Below are positions 38,292 through 48,183 of a stretch of DNA of 64,000 nucleotides, one piece after another (the stretch's first letter is position 1; every line of letters begins with the position of its first letter). Source of the stretch: Verrucomicrobiales bacterium (lineage in GTDB: Bacteria > Verrucomicrobiota > Verrucomicrobiia > Verrucomicrobiales > V1-33); contig JANOAV010000123.1 in assembly GCA_031411295.1 (NCBI GenBank), forward strand, positions 16,086 to 80,085. The letters run 5' to 3'. Position numbers and translations under genes: made by a program. Under the pieces are notes generated by a model. The model saw only the letters and a list, made by a program, of their open reading frames with translations. It made no database searches and was not told where the DNA came from.

Positions 38292-39506
38292 ATGGCTAAG
38301 CAAAGCATTCGCGACCTCAATCTGACCGGCAAACGCACTCTGGTGCGGGTGGACTTCAATGTGCCCCTAGAAGAGAAAGACGGCCAAATGGTGATCACGG
38401 ACGACACCCGGATTCAGGAAACGCTCCCCACGATTAAGAACCTGATCGAGCAAGGCGCAAAAATCATCCTCTGCAGTCACTTGGGTCGTCCCAAAGGCCA
38501 GCCCGACCCCAAGCAAAGCCTAGCACCAGTGGCCGCGGCGTTGGGCAAATTAATCGGTAAGACCGTCGCCTTCGCCACCGATTGCATTGGCCCGGAAGCC
38601 AAGTCCAAGGCGGACGCTTTGAATAATGGCGACGTGCTCCTGCTGGAAAACGTGCGTTTTCATGCTGGGGAAGAGAAGAACGATCCAGCCCTGGCGAAGG
38701 AATTAGCCGAACTGGCTGAAGTCTATGTCAACGACGCCTTTGGCAGCGCCCACCGCGCCCACAGTTCTACTGCGGGCGTGGCCGCATTTCTCCCAGCGGT
38801 GAGCGGTCTGCTCATGGAAAAGGAACTGGCCTACATGCACGACGAGTTGGAAAATCCCGCCCGTCCATTCGTGGTTATTCTCGGCGGAGCCAAGGTGAGC
38901 GATAAAATTTCCGTCATCAATCGCCTGCTGGAAAAGGCCGATACTGTCATCATCGGCGGCGGGATGGCTTACACGTTTCGCAAGCTGGTCCAGGGCATCA
39001 CCCTGGGCAAGAGTCTTTACAAACCCGAGTGGGAACCGATCGCGCAAGCGGCCTTGGATAAGGCCAAAGAACGCGGCGTGAAGTTGCTGATTCCGGTGGA
39101 CGCGCTCATTACAGATGCCTTTGATTTCGGCACCATGACCGTCGGCACCACCCGCTACACCGCCGTGAACGAGAGCATTCCCGACGGCTGGGAAGGGGTC
39201 GATATTGGTCCTGAATCAGTGAAATTGTTCGCAGCAGAGATCGCAGCCGCCAAGACCGTCCTCTGGAACGGTCCCATGGGCGTCTTCGAAATCAAAGCCT
39301 GCTCCAAGGGCACGTTTGATATCGCAGAAGTCATTGCCGCCAATACCGAAGCCACCACCATCATTGGCGGTGGAGATAGTGTGAAAGCCGTGAAGAAAGC
39401 CGGTGTGGCCGATAAATGCACCTTCATTTCCACTGGTGGTGGCGCCAGCTTGGAACTGTTGGAAGGCAAGGAACTACCGGGGGTGGCCGCTCTCGCTGAC
39501 AAGTAA
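38292..39506 (+). CDS. pgk: Phosphoglycerate kinase
   Basis: RVDFNVP, SHLGRP, LLENVRF, NDAFG.AHRAH, GGAKVSDK, ISTGGGASLE. Confidence 0.98.
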   Translation: MAKQSIRDLNLTGKRTLVRVDFNVPLEEKDGQMVITDDTRIQETLPTIKNLIEQGAKIILCSHLGRPKGQPDPKQSLAPVAAALGKLIGKTVAFATDCIGPEAKSKADALNNGDVLLLENVRFHAGEEKNDPALAKELAELAEVYVNDAFGSAHRAHSSTAGVAAFLPAVSGLLMEKELAYMHDELENPARPFVVILGGAKVSDKISVINRLLEKADTVIIGGGMAYTFRKLVQGITLGKSLYKPEWEPIAQAALDKAKERGVKLLIPVDALITDAFDFGTMTVGTTRYTAVNESIPDGWEGVDIGPESVKLFAAEIAAAKTVLWNGPMGVFEIKACSKGTFDIAEVIAANTEATTIIGGGDSVKAVKKAGVADKCTFISTGGGASLELLEGKELPGVAALADK

Positions 39507-39544
39507 ATTTTAAACTTCCCACCCAACCCAACAACACTGAATTT

Positions 39545-40327
<783 letters not shown>

Positions 40328-40366
40328 CCGCCCGCAGGCGATCATTCGCAATCGGAACGACTGAGG

Positions 40367-40399
40367 GTGGCAGCAGTCGGTCCGACTGCTGCACCCCAC
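40367..40399. repeat. GTGG REP-like hairpin, possibly the tpiA terminator
   Basis: GTGGCAGCAGTCGGTCCGACTGCTGCACCCCAC; related to 49439-49460. Confidence 0.6.
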
Positions 40400-40559
40400 C
40401 AGCTGCGATCACCTCCCAGCTCAAAACTCAGCAAACGGTGGCCATGTTTTCATTGAAACGCCCAGCGTTTTAGACGCTGAACTTAGGCCAGTTGGTGCGG
40501 ACCCTGAAAAGGAATCCCGAATATTTAGGGAAAGAGGCAAGGGTTGGTTTCCCGCTAAC

Positions 40560-42380
40560 TTAAGCGAACAGCTGGCGATCAGTCGAGTGAAGGTCGTTTT
40601 CGTCGTAATATGGTCCGACCCATTTGTCATTCGTCGATAGGTGCCACCCGACCGCATCGGCCATTTTGCTCTTCGATGCATCTGCCGGAGCTGCGGCTGG
40701 CTTTCCGGCCTTACCCGCTTTTGCGGCGTGTTTGTTGAGGAAGTCGAAATGGTCGATTAGCCCGAGTGCTTCAATCGCGAAGACCGTTGCGATGTCTCCG
40801 TCGCGGATCGCGAGGAGGTTGTCTCCGTTTTGCTGCTCACCTCCAAGTGCGAGGTTGGATGAACCGCAATAGACGATGGGATCCTTGCCGTTAAATCCGC
40901 ACACGACAAACTTGTGATGCACCTGATGCCCCAGGCCAACGGTCGGCACCTGGTTGAACGGGGGCGGCAGGACGGTCGTTCCCGGCTTGCCGGTGACGAG
41001 CACGCCGGTTTTATTGCCCGGCTTGTAGAGCGCGACACCTTTGGTAGTGTCGGTGATGCCATAGCTAAAGATAGTTTCGGTCTTGTGAATCGCTCGCAAA
41101 GCGGGGAAAACTGGGCCAGTGGCGGTCTCGTCCATCCCCATCACAGCGAAAAGCACGCTGCCCTTACTTTGCGTTTTCTCCTTTTCGACGCGCGCCACGA
41201 GGCCGTCCAGGATGCCTTTCGCCACGCTCCCGGTGTGCGGTGAAAATGTAATCTCCATCTTTGGCCCGGTCTTCAAGGTGAACGCGGAAGGTTTATTCGC
41301 TTCGTCGGTCTTGCTGAAATCGCTCTGGACTTTCTTGTCCCATACGGTTTGAAAAACCTTGGCATAGGTGGAGGCAACGCTCTGGTCGTTGAAGATCAGC
41401 ACATGGTTCGAGTTTACGTAAAGCCCAGTCACCGAGAGGTTAGTTGATCCTGTCAGCACTTTCAGCGCATTTTTCTTGTCGTCGGACACGATGAAAACTT
41501 TGTCGTGTGCGAAGCGCCCGAAATGCCCCCGCAGCAGTTGCGGAGGGGCCTTGGCCTGTTTCGTAAACTCCTTTTCGAATTCATCCTCGGGCGTCGGCTT
41601 GGTCGTATTGTGGTGCAAGGGGGCGTTGTCGAGGATCACGCGGATGCGCCCTTGTGCAGCGAGTGTGAGCATCGCTTTAATTACGTCCGGTTCGTTCAGA
41701 TCGTAAGCAAAAGCATCCAGCCGGAGGTTCTTGTTTTTAACCACTTCGTTCGTGATATCGAAGATGCGTTTGCGGGCGGTGAACCCGAGCCATTGGTATT
41801 GGTCAGCAAATGTGTAGCTCTTGCCCTCGTCGTTCTTGCCGGAGACCTGTGAGGTGTCGAAAAGCAATTCCTTCTTCTTCGGGCGAAAGATCGCCTTCTT
41901 CCCGAAGTGCCGCACGAAAGCCTGCGACTGTGTGAAGCCACGTGTGAATCCCACGCTAACGTCGTCCGTGGTAAACGGCTGCATCGGCAGCGTAACCGAT
42001 ACCGACAAGGTGGGGTCGAGTTTCAGCATCGATTGCTTCGCGTTAAAATAGCGTGGGGTGACCGTGTAGGTATAGTCTCCAAAAAACGGACTGGTGCCCT
42101 GATGATCGGAGCCGGGCACATGAACCCAGCGGAATTTGTGAATCGGCGCGTTGACGCTTGAGTTGGGTGATTCGCTGGCGACCTGCTCGTGGTCCGCTGG
42201 CGTTTCGAAACGCAAAGTGTTGAACAGGAAGTAGGATTCCTTCCCCTTCGGCTGACATTGAATCGTGAAGCCAGCAAGATTTTTGGTTCGCGCTTTGGGC
42301 AGATTGAACGCCAACAGAGTCCGTGCGTCGCCTTGATAGGCTTTAACCGTGAATTGACCGTTTTTAGCTGATGTATTCAT
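40560..42380 (-). CDS. Phospholipase D superfamily protein with two HxK motifs
   Basis: AHDKVFIV...TGSTN and VHHKFVV...GSSN; AYDLNEPD; start ATG 42380. Confidence 0.85.
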   Translation of the reverse strand: MNTSAKNGQFTVKAYQGDARTLLAFNLPKARTKNLAGFTIQCQPKGKESYFLFNTLRFETPADHEQVASESPNSSVNAPIHKFRWVHVPGSDHQGTSPFFGDYTYTVTPRYFNAKQSMLKLDPTLSVSVTLPMQPFTTDDVSVGFTRGFTQSQAFVRHFGKKAIFRPKKKELLFDTSQVSGKNDEGKSYTFADQYQWLGFTARKRIFDITNEVVKNKNLRLDAFAYDLNEPDVIKAMLTLAAQGRIRVILDNAPLHHNTTKPTPEDEFEKEFTKQAKAPPQLLRGHFGRFAHDKVFIVSDDKKNALKVLTGSTNLSVTGLYVNSNHVLIFNDQSVASTYAKVFQTVWDKKVQSDFSKTDEANKPSAFTLKTGPKMEITFSPHTGSVAKGILDGLVARVEKEKTQSKGSVLFAVMGMDETATGPVFPALRAIHKTETIFSYGITDTTKGVALYKPGNKTGVLVTGKPGTTVLPPPFNQVPTVGLGHQVHHKFVVCGFNGKDPIVYCGSSNLALGGEQQNGDNLLAIRDGDIATVFAIEALGLIDHFDFLNKHAAKAGKAGKPAAAPADASKSKMADAVGWHLSTNDKWVGPYYDENDLHSTDRQLFA

Positions 42381-42778
42381 AATTAGAGGTAACCGCCTCT
42401 TTAGTCTGGAGATCGTAATATCGCAAACGGTAAAATGCAACACGCCACGGAGCCCTCGACTTGCGGGACTAAATAGTCAGACAACCGATCGATGGCTGCT
42501 CTGGGGCTGAAGGACTCGAGTGTAGCCGGAGCAGATCGATGCGAAATGCTTTCGTCGCTGACGGTGGCTAAAGTTCCCAAGGTGTGAACTTTTGCAGCAG
42601 CGGACGGATGGAAAATACCATTTCTTGTAATTATTTCCAAAATTTCCAATAATTCCACCATTAAATGGTTATTATTCACTTGCGAGGACATGAACTTATC
42701 TTAATGCACTCTTGCCAATTGCTGCTAGCAGGATGCTAACAACCTGCGTTTCCCCAACGCTCAACTCAAAACAAAAAA

Positions 42779-44257
42779 ATGAAGTCAAGCAAACTGCTCT
42801 CCCTCGCAAGTATCTTAGGTCTCTGCTCCGCAGCCTCCGCCGGCACGGTAGCCGTCGGTAACGGCAAGAAGCCGGTCCTGTCCCCAGCAGTCGCCAGTCC
42901 CTGGGACGTCTCTCTAGCCTCAGGGCTTGGACTGACCAAAGGGAATTCCGACACCTTGGCGGTCGGGGCTCAATTCCTCGCAACTTACGTCACCCCAGCC
43001 AATGAATTCACCTTCGCGGCGGACTATGTCTATGGCGAGAGCGACTCCGTGGTGAACCAGAATCGACTCAGTCTGTTCTCTGGTATGAACTACAACCTAA
43101 CCCCTGAGTTCTACCTCGGATTGGGAGCCAATTTCCGTTATGACGAAATCGCGGATCTCGATTATCGCTTCGGACTGGGCCCAGTGCTGGGGTATCGCCT
43201 GATTAATCAGGATGCGACCAAGCTGGCCGTGGAAGCGGGTCTGGGTTACGTCTTCGAAAAGCAGGGCGGCGTGAAGTCAGATTACGTGACCTTTAATGCC
43301 GCAGAGCGTTTCACCCACACGCTTTCCAGCGGTGCCAAGATCGGTCAAAGCGTCACCTTCAGCAGCGAGTTGGAAGATTTCGAAAACTTCCTCCTAACGG
43401 CTGACTTGTTCCTGGAAGTGCCATTCTCCGCCCACTGGGCCTTCCGCGCTTCGGTCGGGACCGCCTATGACAACACCCCAGCCGCTGGCACTGAAGAAAA
43501 CAATCTCTTTGCGTTGGCTGGCCTCAGCTATAGCGCTCAGGGCTTTGCTCCTCCAGCTCCCGCTGCTCGTCCCACGCTCTTCCAAAAGCGCGCTGCTGCT
43601 GCTGCCGCCGCCACTGGTTGGCAGCAATCAGCCTCCGCTGGCTTCGCTCTGAGCAATGGCAACAGCGATACGCTGCTGGCCACCGCTTCCTACGATGCCG
43701 TGTATCGTGAGGCTGATAACGAAATCCTGCTGGGCCTCGGTGGTGCCTACGGTGAAATTGACAGTGCCGTGACGCAGCAGAATGCCCGTGCGAACGCTCA
43801 ATACAACAGGGTCTTCGGTGGCTCACTCTTCGGTGGGATCGCTGCCGGCATTACGCATGATAATGCTGCTGGAGTCGATTATCGGTTCACCCCGACAGCC
43901 GTGTTAGGAGCCTATCTCGTCAAGACCGACACGGCCAAGGTGAGCGTGGAAGCCGGTCCAGCCTATGTTTTCGAAAAAACCGGGGACGGATCTGATTCTT
44001 ATTTCGCGCTCTACTCAGCGCAGAAAGCCAGTCTGGTGCTGAGCGAGTCCGTTTCCATCGGTGAGAGTTTGACCTACATCCCGGACGTCAGTAAGTTCGA
44101 CAGTTACATCCTCACTGCCAACGTGTTTGTTGACTTCTACTTTGCCGACCATCTGGCCTTGCGTGCTGCCGTGACTAACACCTATGACAGCACCCCGGTT
44201 AAAGGTCAGGATAAAAGCGATCTGATGCTGTCCACTGGGATCGCGATTCAGTTCTAA
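42779..44257 (+). CDS. Outer-membrane protein with two tandem DUF481/YdiY-like beta-barrels
   Basis: Signal peptide; two repeats each with W...GNSDT, DYRF, EAG..YVFEK, YD.TP; C-terminal Phe. Confidence 0.85.
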   Translation: MKSSKLLSLASILGLCSAASAGTVAVGNGKKPVLSPAVASPWDVSLASGLGLTKGNSDTLAVGAQFLATYVTPANEFTFAADYVYGESDSVVNQNRLSLFSGMNYNLTPEFYLGLGANFRYDEIADLDYRFGLGPVLGYRLINQDATKLAVEAGLGYVFEKQGGVKSDYVTFNAAERFTHTLSSGAKIGQSVTFSSELEDFENFLLTADLFLEVPFSAHWAFRASVGTAYDNTPAAGTEENNLFALAGLSYSAQGFAPPAPAARPTLFQKRAAAAAAATGWQQSASAGFALSNGNSDTLLATASYDAVYREADNEILLGLGGAYGEIDSAVTQQNARANAQYNRVFGGSLFGGIAAGITHDNAAGVDYRFTPTAVLGAYLVKTDTAKVSVEAGPAYVFEKTGDGSDSYFALYSAQKASLVLSESVSIGESLTYIPDVSKFDSYILTANVFVDFYFADHLALRAAVTNTYDSTPVKGQDKSDLMLSTGIAIQF

Positions 44258-44290
44258 TCAAGCTGGGTAAAGCCTTTACCCTCCGCAATC

Positions 44291-44330
44291 GCAAAGCCCC
44301 CGGGAATTTCTTCCCGGGGGCTTTTGCTTT
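44291..44330. terminator. Bidirectional Rho-independent terminator
   Basis: AAAGCCCCCGGGAA/TTCCCGGGGGCTTT 14-bp stem between convergent genes. Confidence 0.85.
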
Positions 44331-44368
44331 GAGTTACGATGGATCGAAGCTTACGGTCAGCGCCAACC

Positions 44369-44731
44369 TTAATCCAGCAGATGCTGGGTCTGGATCTGAT
44401 TAACGAACCACATGGCGAAACTCACGAAGAGAGCCACCAGCAGCAGGGCAAACAAGGCTTGTTGCGTGCGGGCCTGTTGGATGCTGGCTTGGTGGACCCG
44501 TGGGAGTTGCTGCGGGCCTTTGTGGACCCGATACTCTTCCGGCGGAGGCAGGATGTTCCAATTCTTCAGGCGATTTTCCTGAAAGGTGGCGGGAAGCGCA
44601 ACGATGCTGCATTCCAGCACGCTGAGTTCCCGTTTCACGCTTTCCCCCTCCTTATGGAGCGCTTTGAGGCGCTTTTCCATTTCGGCGGTTTGTTTGCGGC
44701 TAGCTTTGGTCGAGTTTTTACTATTGGCCAT
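44369..44731 (-). CDS. Hypothetical coiled-coil protein with C-terminal TM
   Basis: 120 aa; LFALLLVALFVSFAMWFV near the C-terminus; 24 bp downstream of the preceding gene. Confidence 0.75.
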   Translation of the reverse strand: MANSKNSTKASRKQTAEMEKRLKALHKEGESVKRELSVLECSIVALPATFQENRLKNWNILPPPEEYRVHKGPQQLPRVHQASIQQARTQQALFALLLVALFVSFAMWFVNQIQTQHLLD

Positions 44732-44755
44732 GACAAGGAAGAGTGAAATTGTTGG

Positions 44756-45484
44756 TTAGAAAATCAGTGCGAGCAGTCCCGCCAGCACTGCGAGGATGAT
44801 CAGTGGTGCGCTGAAAGCCAAGCCACAGAAGGCCCACTGGCGGAAGGTGTTCCGATTCATGCCCATGGGCAGGAATGATGGTGCGGGTTGGTTGACTCCG
44901 TGGTTTGTAGCCGTGGGAGCGGCCGGAACGGGGACATGCGTGAACGCCTGGAGCCGGGTCATGCTGCGATCATACTCCAACTTGGCGTCTTCGATGATGG
45001 CCAGCGCGCGGCTGAGTTCGGTCTGTAAATTTTGGCGGCTCCAATCTTCGGGCGTCAGGCTGTGCACTGCGTCCATGTGCTCGGCAAAGGAATCCCGCAT
45101 GAGGATCATTTGCTCTATCTTGCGGCGGTTGTCGGTGCTCTCGCGATCCAACAGTCCCACGGCACGGGAGAGGCGTTCCAGCATTTCCGCGCGACCTTGG
45201 ATAAATCCTTGTTGCTTGCGGCGGAGTTCTTCGAGTGCGGATTTTTCACGCTCGATTTCGTCTGCTTCTTTGCGCAGACGGGAGAGGCGTTCTTGTGCCA
45301 GATGCACGCGTTGATCCATGTTGTCATCCATCGGGTCAGAATAGAGGTCTTGAGCCGGTTCCAAGTCCTGCTGAGGATCGTAATCCATTTGCTCTGGGGC
45401 GAGGATGGGCGGTTCGCCCGTGAGGGTCACCAGATGTTGGTGGGTCGTCTTAGTGCGTTTGATATTTCCAGAATTGGTAGCCAT
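44756..45484 (-). CDS. Hypothetical coiled-coil protein with C-terminal TM
   Basis: Long E/R-rich helix; ends in the hydrophobic tail AFCGLAFSAPLIILAVLAGLLALIF. Confidence 0.8.
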   Translation of the reverse strand: MATNSGNIKRTKTTHQHLVTLTGEPPILAPEQMDYDPQQDLEPAQDLYSDPMDDNMDQRVHLAQERLSRLRKEADEIEREKSALEELRRKQQGFIQGRAEMLERLSRAVGLLDRESTDNRRKIEQMILMRDSFAEHMDAVHSLTPEDWSRQNLQTELSRALAIIEDAKLEYDRSMTRLQAFTHVPVPAAPTATNHGVNQPAPSFLPMGMNRNTFRQWAFCGLAFSAPLIILAVLAGLLALIF

Positions 45485-45520
45485 GAGAAAAAGTGAAAAA
45501 GTATTACGGAGGTATTAATA

Positions 45521-47269
45521 TTACAGTCCGCTCAACATTTCCAGTCTTTTTATACGTCGGAGGCTAAGAAAAATCGGTGTTAGCGTCGTAACTCCCGCTA
45601 AACCAACGAGTCCCGCGGTGCAAAAAATATTTAGACTATCCGAATAATTTTCAAAAGCCTCACCCATTCCCTTCATTTTTAAGCTAGTAGGGAAAATGAA
45701 ACAGGCCAGAAAGAGTAAAATGAACAGGAAATTGAGAATTAAGCACAGTGTTCCTCCGAAGCCAGAGACAATTTTTGAAGGATTTGGCTCGTTGAAATTA
45801 GGAAATAGCACTCCCAATCCCAAGGAAAGCGAAGTCAGCCCCAAACTCACCAAGCAAATGGCAGCCATGAAGCGGAAAATGGTGGACCAAGGCAACAGCA
45901 AACTGGTTCCGCTTAGAAACATGAGGAATGAAGTGATCAGGGCGATCACGCCGGAAAAGAGCCCAAGTTTGATCCAAAAGACCCGGCTCAGCGGGAAGGG
46001 GGCGAGCCCGGAAATCCAGAGTCGGCGGCCTTCCAGACTAAATAAGGGGTAAATGAATCGCGTGCACAGAGTGGACACCGCCAAGGCGGAGACGCCGAAA
46101 TTCAGGAAACTGATCAGGGTGACCCAAAACGGATCATTAGGGTCCGCCGCAAAGTAGCGAATATTGAACGAGTAGAGAAACAGCAGGCCGAAGAGCACGG
46201 TCGAGGGAATCCACTGCGAGGGATCGCGACGGAACTCGCGCGCTTCCTTTTGCAGGAGGGCGGCATTGACGCGACTAACCCCCAGCCACCGCCACAGATT
46301 CCGGTGCGCGGTGAATTTGAGGGCCACCTGCTCGTCTGGTGAACTGAGATGGGCGCGTCCCGATCTTTTCCAAGTGTTGGCTGCCTTGTTGGCCTGACTG
46401 GTGTTCCAGCATTTGAAGGTGGCCCGGCTGAAGCATTCCATGCAGAGCCAGAGGCCCAGGGCCACATAGCTCAGCATCAGGCCACTATAAAAGAGCCCTC
46501 GCGCTTCATATCCCCGCGCCCAGTGGAGGATCATTTCACTCATCCACGTGCTTGGCAGCAGCGGGTGGACGGTGATGGCGGTGTGCCCGAACACCTGCTC
46601 GATGGCCAATGAGGCATTGGTCCCTGGATCCATTTCCACCGCCAAGTGTCGCGCCAGCATGAAGGAATCGATCCCCCGATAAACGACATAAAGGCCCAGG
46701 GCCCACAGCAACCATTTTCCGAAGGGGCGCCACAGCCGCACCATCAGCACCACAATCCCGGCAGCGACGGTGGCTGGGAGGATGAAATACGGGACGAAGG
46801 CCAGGGCCGCCTTCACATAGAACGCTGGCCCGGCACCCAGCACATGGCCAAACGCCAGCAACATGGGGGCGCTCAGGATGGCCAAGCCCCACGTGCTGAC
46901 AATGAACGATTCCACCACCTTCCAGCAAAAAATCGCCCGCTGATCCACTGGCAGCGTGAGCAGCCAGCCCGTCTCCTTGCCCCGGAAAAGTCCCGCATAG
47001 AGCAGGACGGCATTCGAGAACACCAGCATGATGAAAAAGAAAAAATACAGCATGTAGAGCACCCGCTCCACCAGCAGCAGGCCCACCCCGGGCAAGGCAT
47101 AAAGATACCCCAACCCCTTGGAGAACAGCAGGTAGCCCACGATCAGATAGCACAGCAGAAAGAGCGTCAGTGTGGCCAGGAGCAACTTCGATTCCCGATA
47201 ATTCCGTCGAGCCTTGGCCCGGAAGGCCCGGAAATTCGTCTTAATGAGGAGGAGCAGTTGATGGAACAT
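45521..47269 (-). CDS. Polytopic membrane protein, putative ABC-2-type permease
   Basis: About 12 hydrophobic segments, LLTLPV, KEAREFRRDPSQW, FSLEGRRLW; start 47269 or 47296. Confidence 0.78.
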   Translation of the reverse strand: MFHQLLLLIKTNFRAFRAKARRNYRESKLLLATLTLFLLCYLIVGYLLFSKGLGYLYALPGVGLLLVERVLYMLYFFFFIMLVFSNAVLLYAGLFRGKETGWLLTLPVDQRAIFCWKVVESFIVSTWGLAILSAPMLLAFGHVLGAGPAFYVKAALAFVPYFILPATVAAGIVVLMVRLWRPFGKWLLWALGLYVVYRGIDSFMLARHLAVEMDPGTNASLAIEQVFGHTAITVHPLLPSTWMSEMILHWARGYEARGLFYSGLMLSYVALGLWLCMECFSRATFKCWNTSQANKAANTWKRSGRAHLSSPDEQVALKFTAHRNLWRWLGVSRVNAALLQKEAREFRRDPSQWIPSTVLFGLLFLYSFNIRYFAADPNDPFWVTLISFLNFGVSALAVSTLCTRFIYPLFSLEGRRLWISGLAPFPLSRVFWIKLGLFSGVIALITSFLMFLSGTSLLLPWSTIFRFMAAICLVSLGLTSLSLGLGVLFPNFNEPNPSKIVSGFGGTLCLILNFLFILLFLACFIFPTSLKMKGMGEAFENYSDSLNIFCTAGLVGLAGVTTLTPIFLSLRRIKRLEMLSGL

Positions 47270-47419
47270 TGATTGGCGCGGGGGGTGCTTCATCATAATG
47301 CTAATCCGCCCGGCGGCAATCGGGGAAACATCAGGACTTATTTAAGATTTTCGTTTGTCTCGGTTCCGGGGCTGTGCTCCACTTAGTTTCTGTCACGATT
47401 TCGACCCTCATATTCCCCC

Positions 47420-47791
47420 ATGCTTCAGTCCTACCTCCCTGTCCTCATGCAAGCCGTTGCCGCCATCGGCTTGGCTTCCAGTATGCTGATCATGAGTCAT
47501 CTGCTGGGGAAATCAGCCAAACGCAATGCGACCAAGGACTCGGCCTATGAGTGCGGGATGTTGCCGATTGGGGAAGCTCAGCCGCGGTTCAGCGTGAAAT
47601 TTTATTTGGTGGCGATGCTGTTTGTGCTCTTCGATATCGAGGTCGTCTTCATGTATCCCTGGGCGGTAGTTTACCGGAATCTGTTGGAGCACGGCACGGC
47701 CGTATTCTGGTCCATGGCTGGATTCGCTGGTATTTTGGGAGTGGCTTACGTTTATGTCCTGAAGAAGGGTGCGCTCAAGTGGAACGACTAA
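47420..47791 (+). CDS. nuoA: NADH-quinone oxidoreductase subunit A
   Basis: YECG, RFSVKFYLVAMLFVLFDIE, YPWA, KKGALKW. Confidence 0.95.
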   Translation: MLQSYLPVLMQAVAAIGLASSMLIMSHLLGKSAKRNATKDSAYECGMLPIGEAQPRFSVKFYLVAMLFVLFDIEVVFMYPWAVVYRNLLEHGTAVFWSMAGFAGILGVAYVYVLKKGALKWND

Positions 47792-47800
47792 TTTACTAGC

Positions 47801-48118
47801 ATGGTCCACCACGTCGCGCTCTATAAACTTCGCCCCGAGGTGACCCCTGAGGTCATCGAGGAAATGATTCGGAAAACCCGCAGTCTCCTGCTGAAGATTC
47901 CGGAAGTGCTCAGCGTGCGCTCCGGCAAGAAAATCGAAGCCAGTGCCGAGTGGCCGTTTTTTGTTTCGCTCGATTTCGAGAGTCGGCATAAACAGAACAT
48001 GTTCCGAGACGATCCCGTTTACCTGAAATTTCTGGAGGAAGTCGTGCGGGCGAACACCACGGAGAGTCTGCTCCTGGATTACGAAACGGATCCCGGGCGC
48101 AATGTGAAATATTCCTAG
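47801..48118 (+). CDS. Dabb family (stress-responsive A/B barrel) protein
   Basis: MVHHVALYKL...IPEV..VRSG...LLDY pattern. Confidence 0.75.
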   Translation: MVHHVALYKLRPEVTPEVIEEMIRKTRSLLLKIPEVLSVRSGKKIEASAEWPFFVSLDFESRHKQNMFRDDPVYLKFLEEVVRANTTESLLLDYETDPGRNVKYS

Positions 48119-48183
48119 GTTGCACGAACGTGGCCTCCAGCAACGTTTGGGGAACGTTCCTGTCTTAGTCTTCCGCCACCTTC

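Noticed and set aside
42401..42691. 96-aa ORF upstream of the PLD gene as an operon partner
   Set aside because: No motifs, atypical composition; more likely non-coding or decayed DNA
45481..45950. AT-rich 3' end of the permease gene as a foreign insertion
   Set aside because: Frame is continuous and encodes Phe/Ile/Leu-rich TM helices, which can explain the composition
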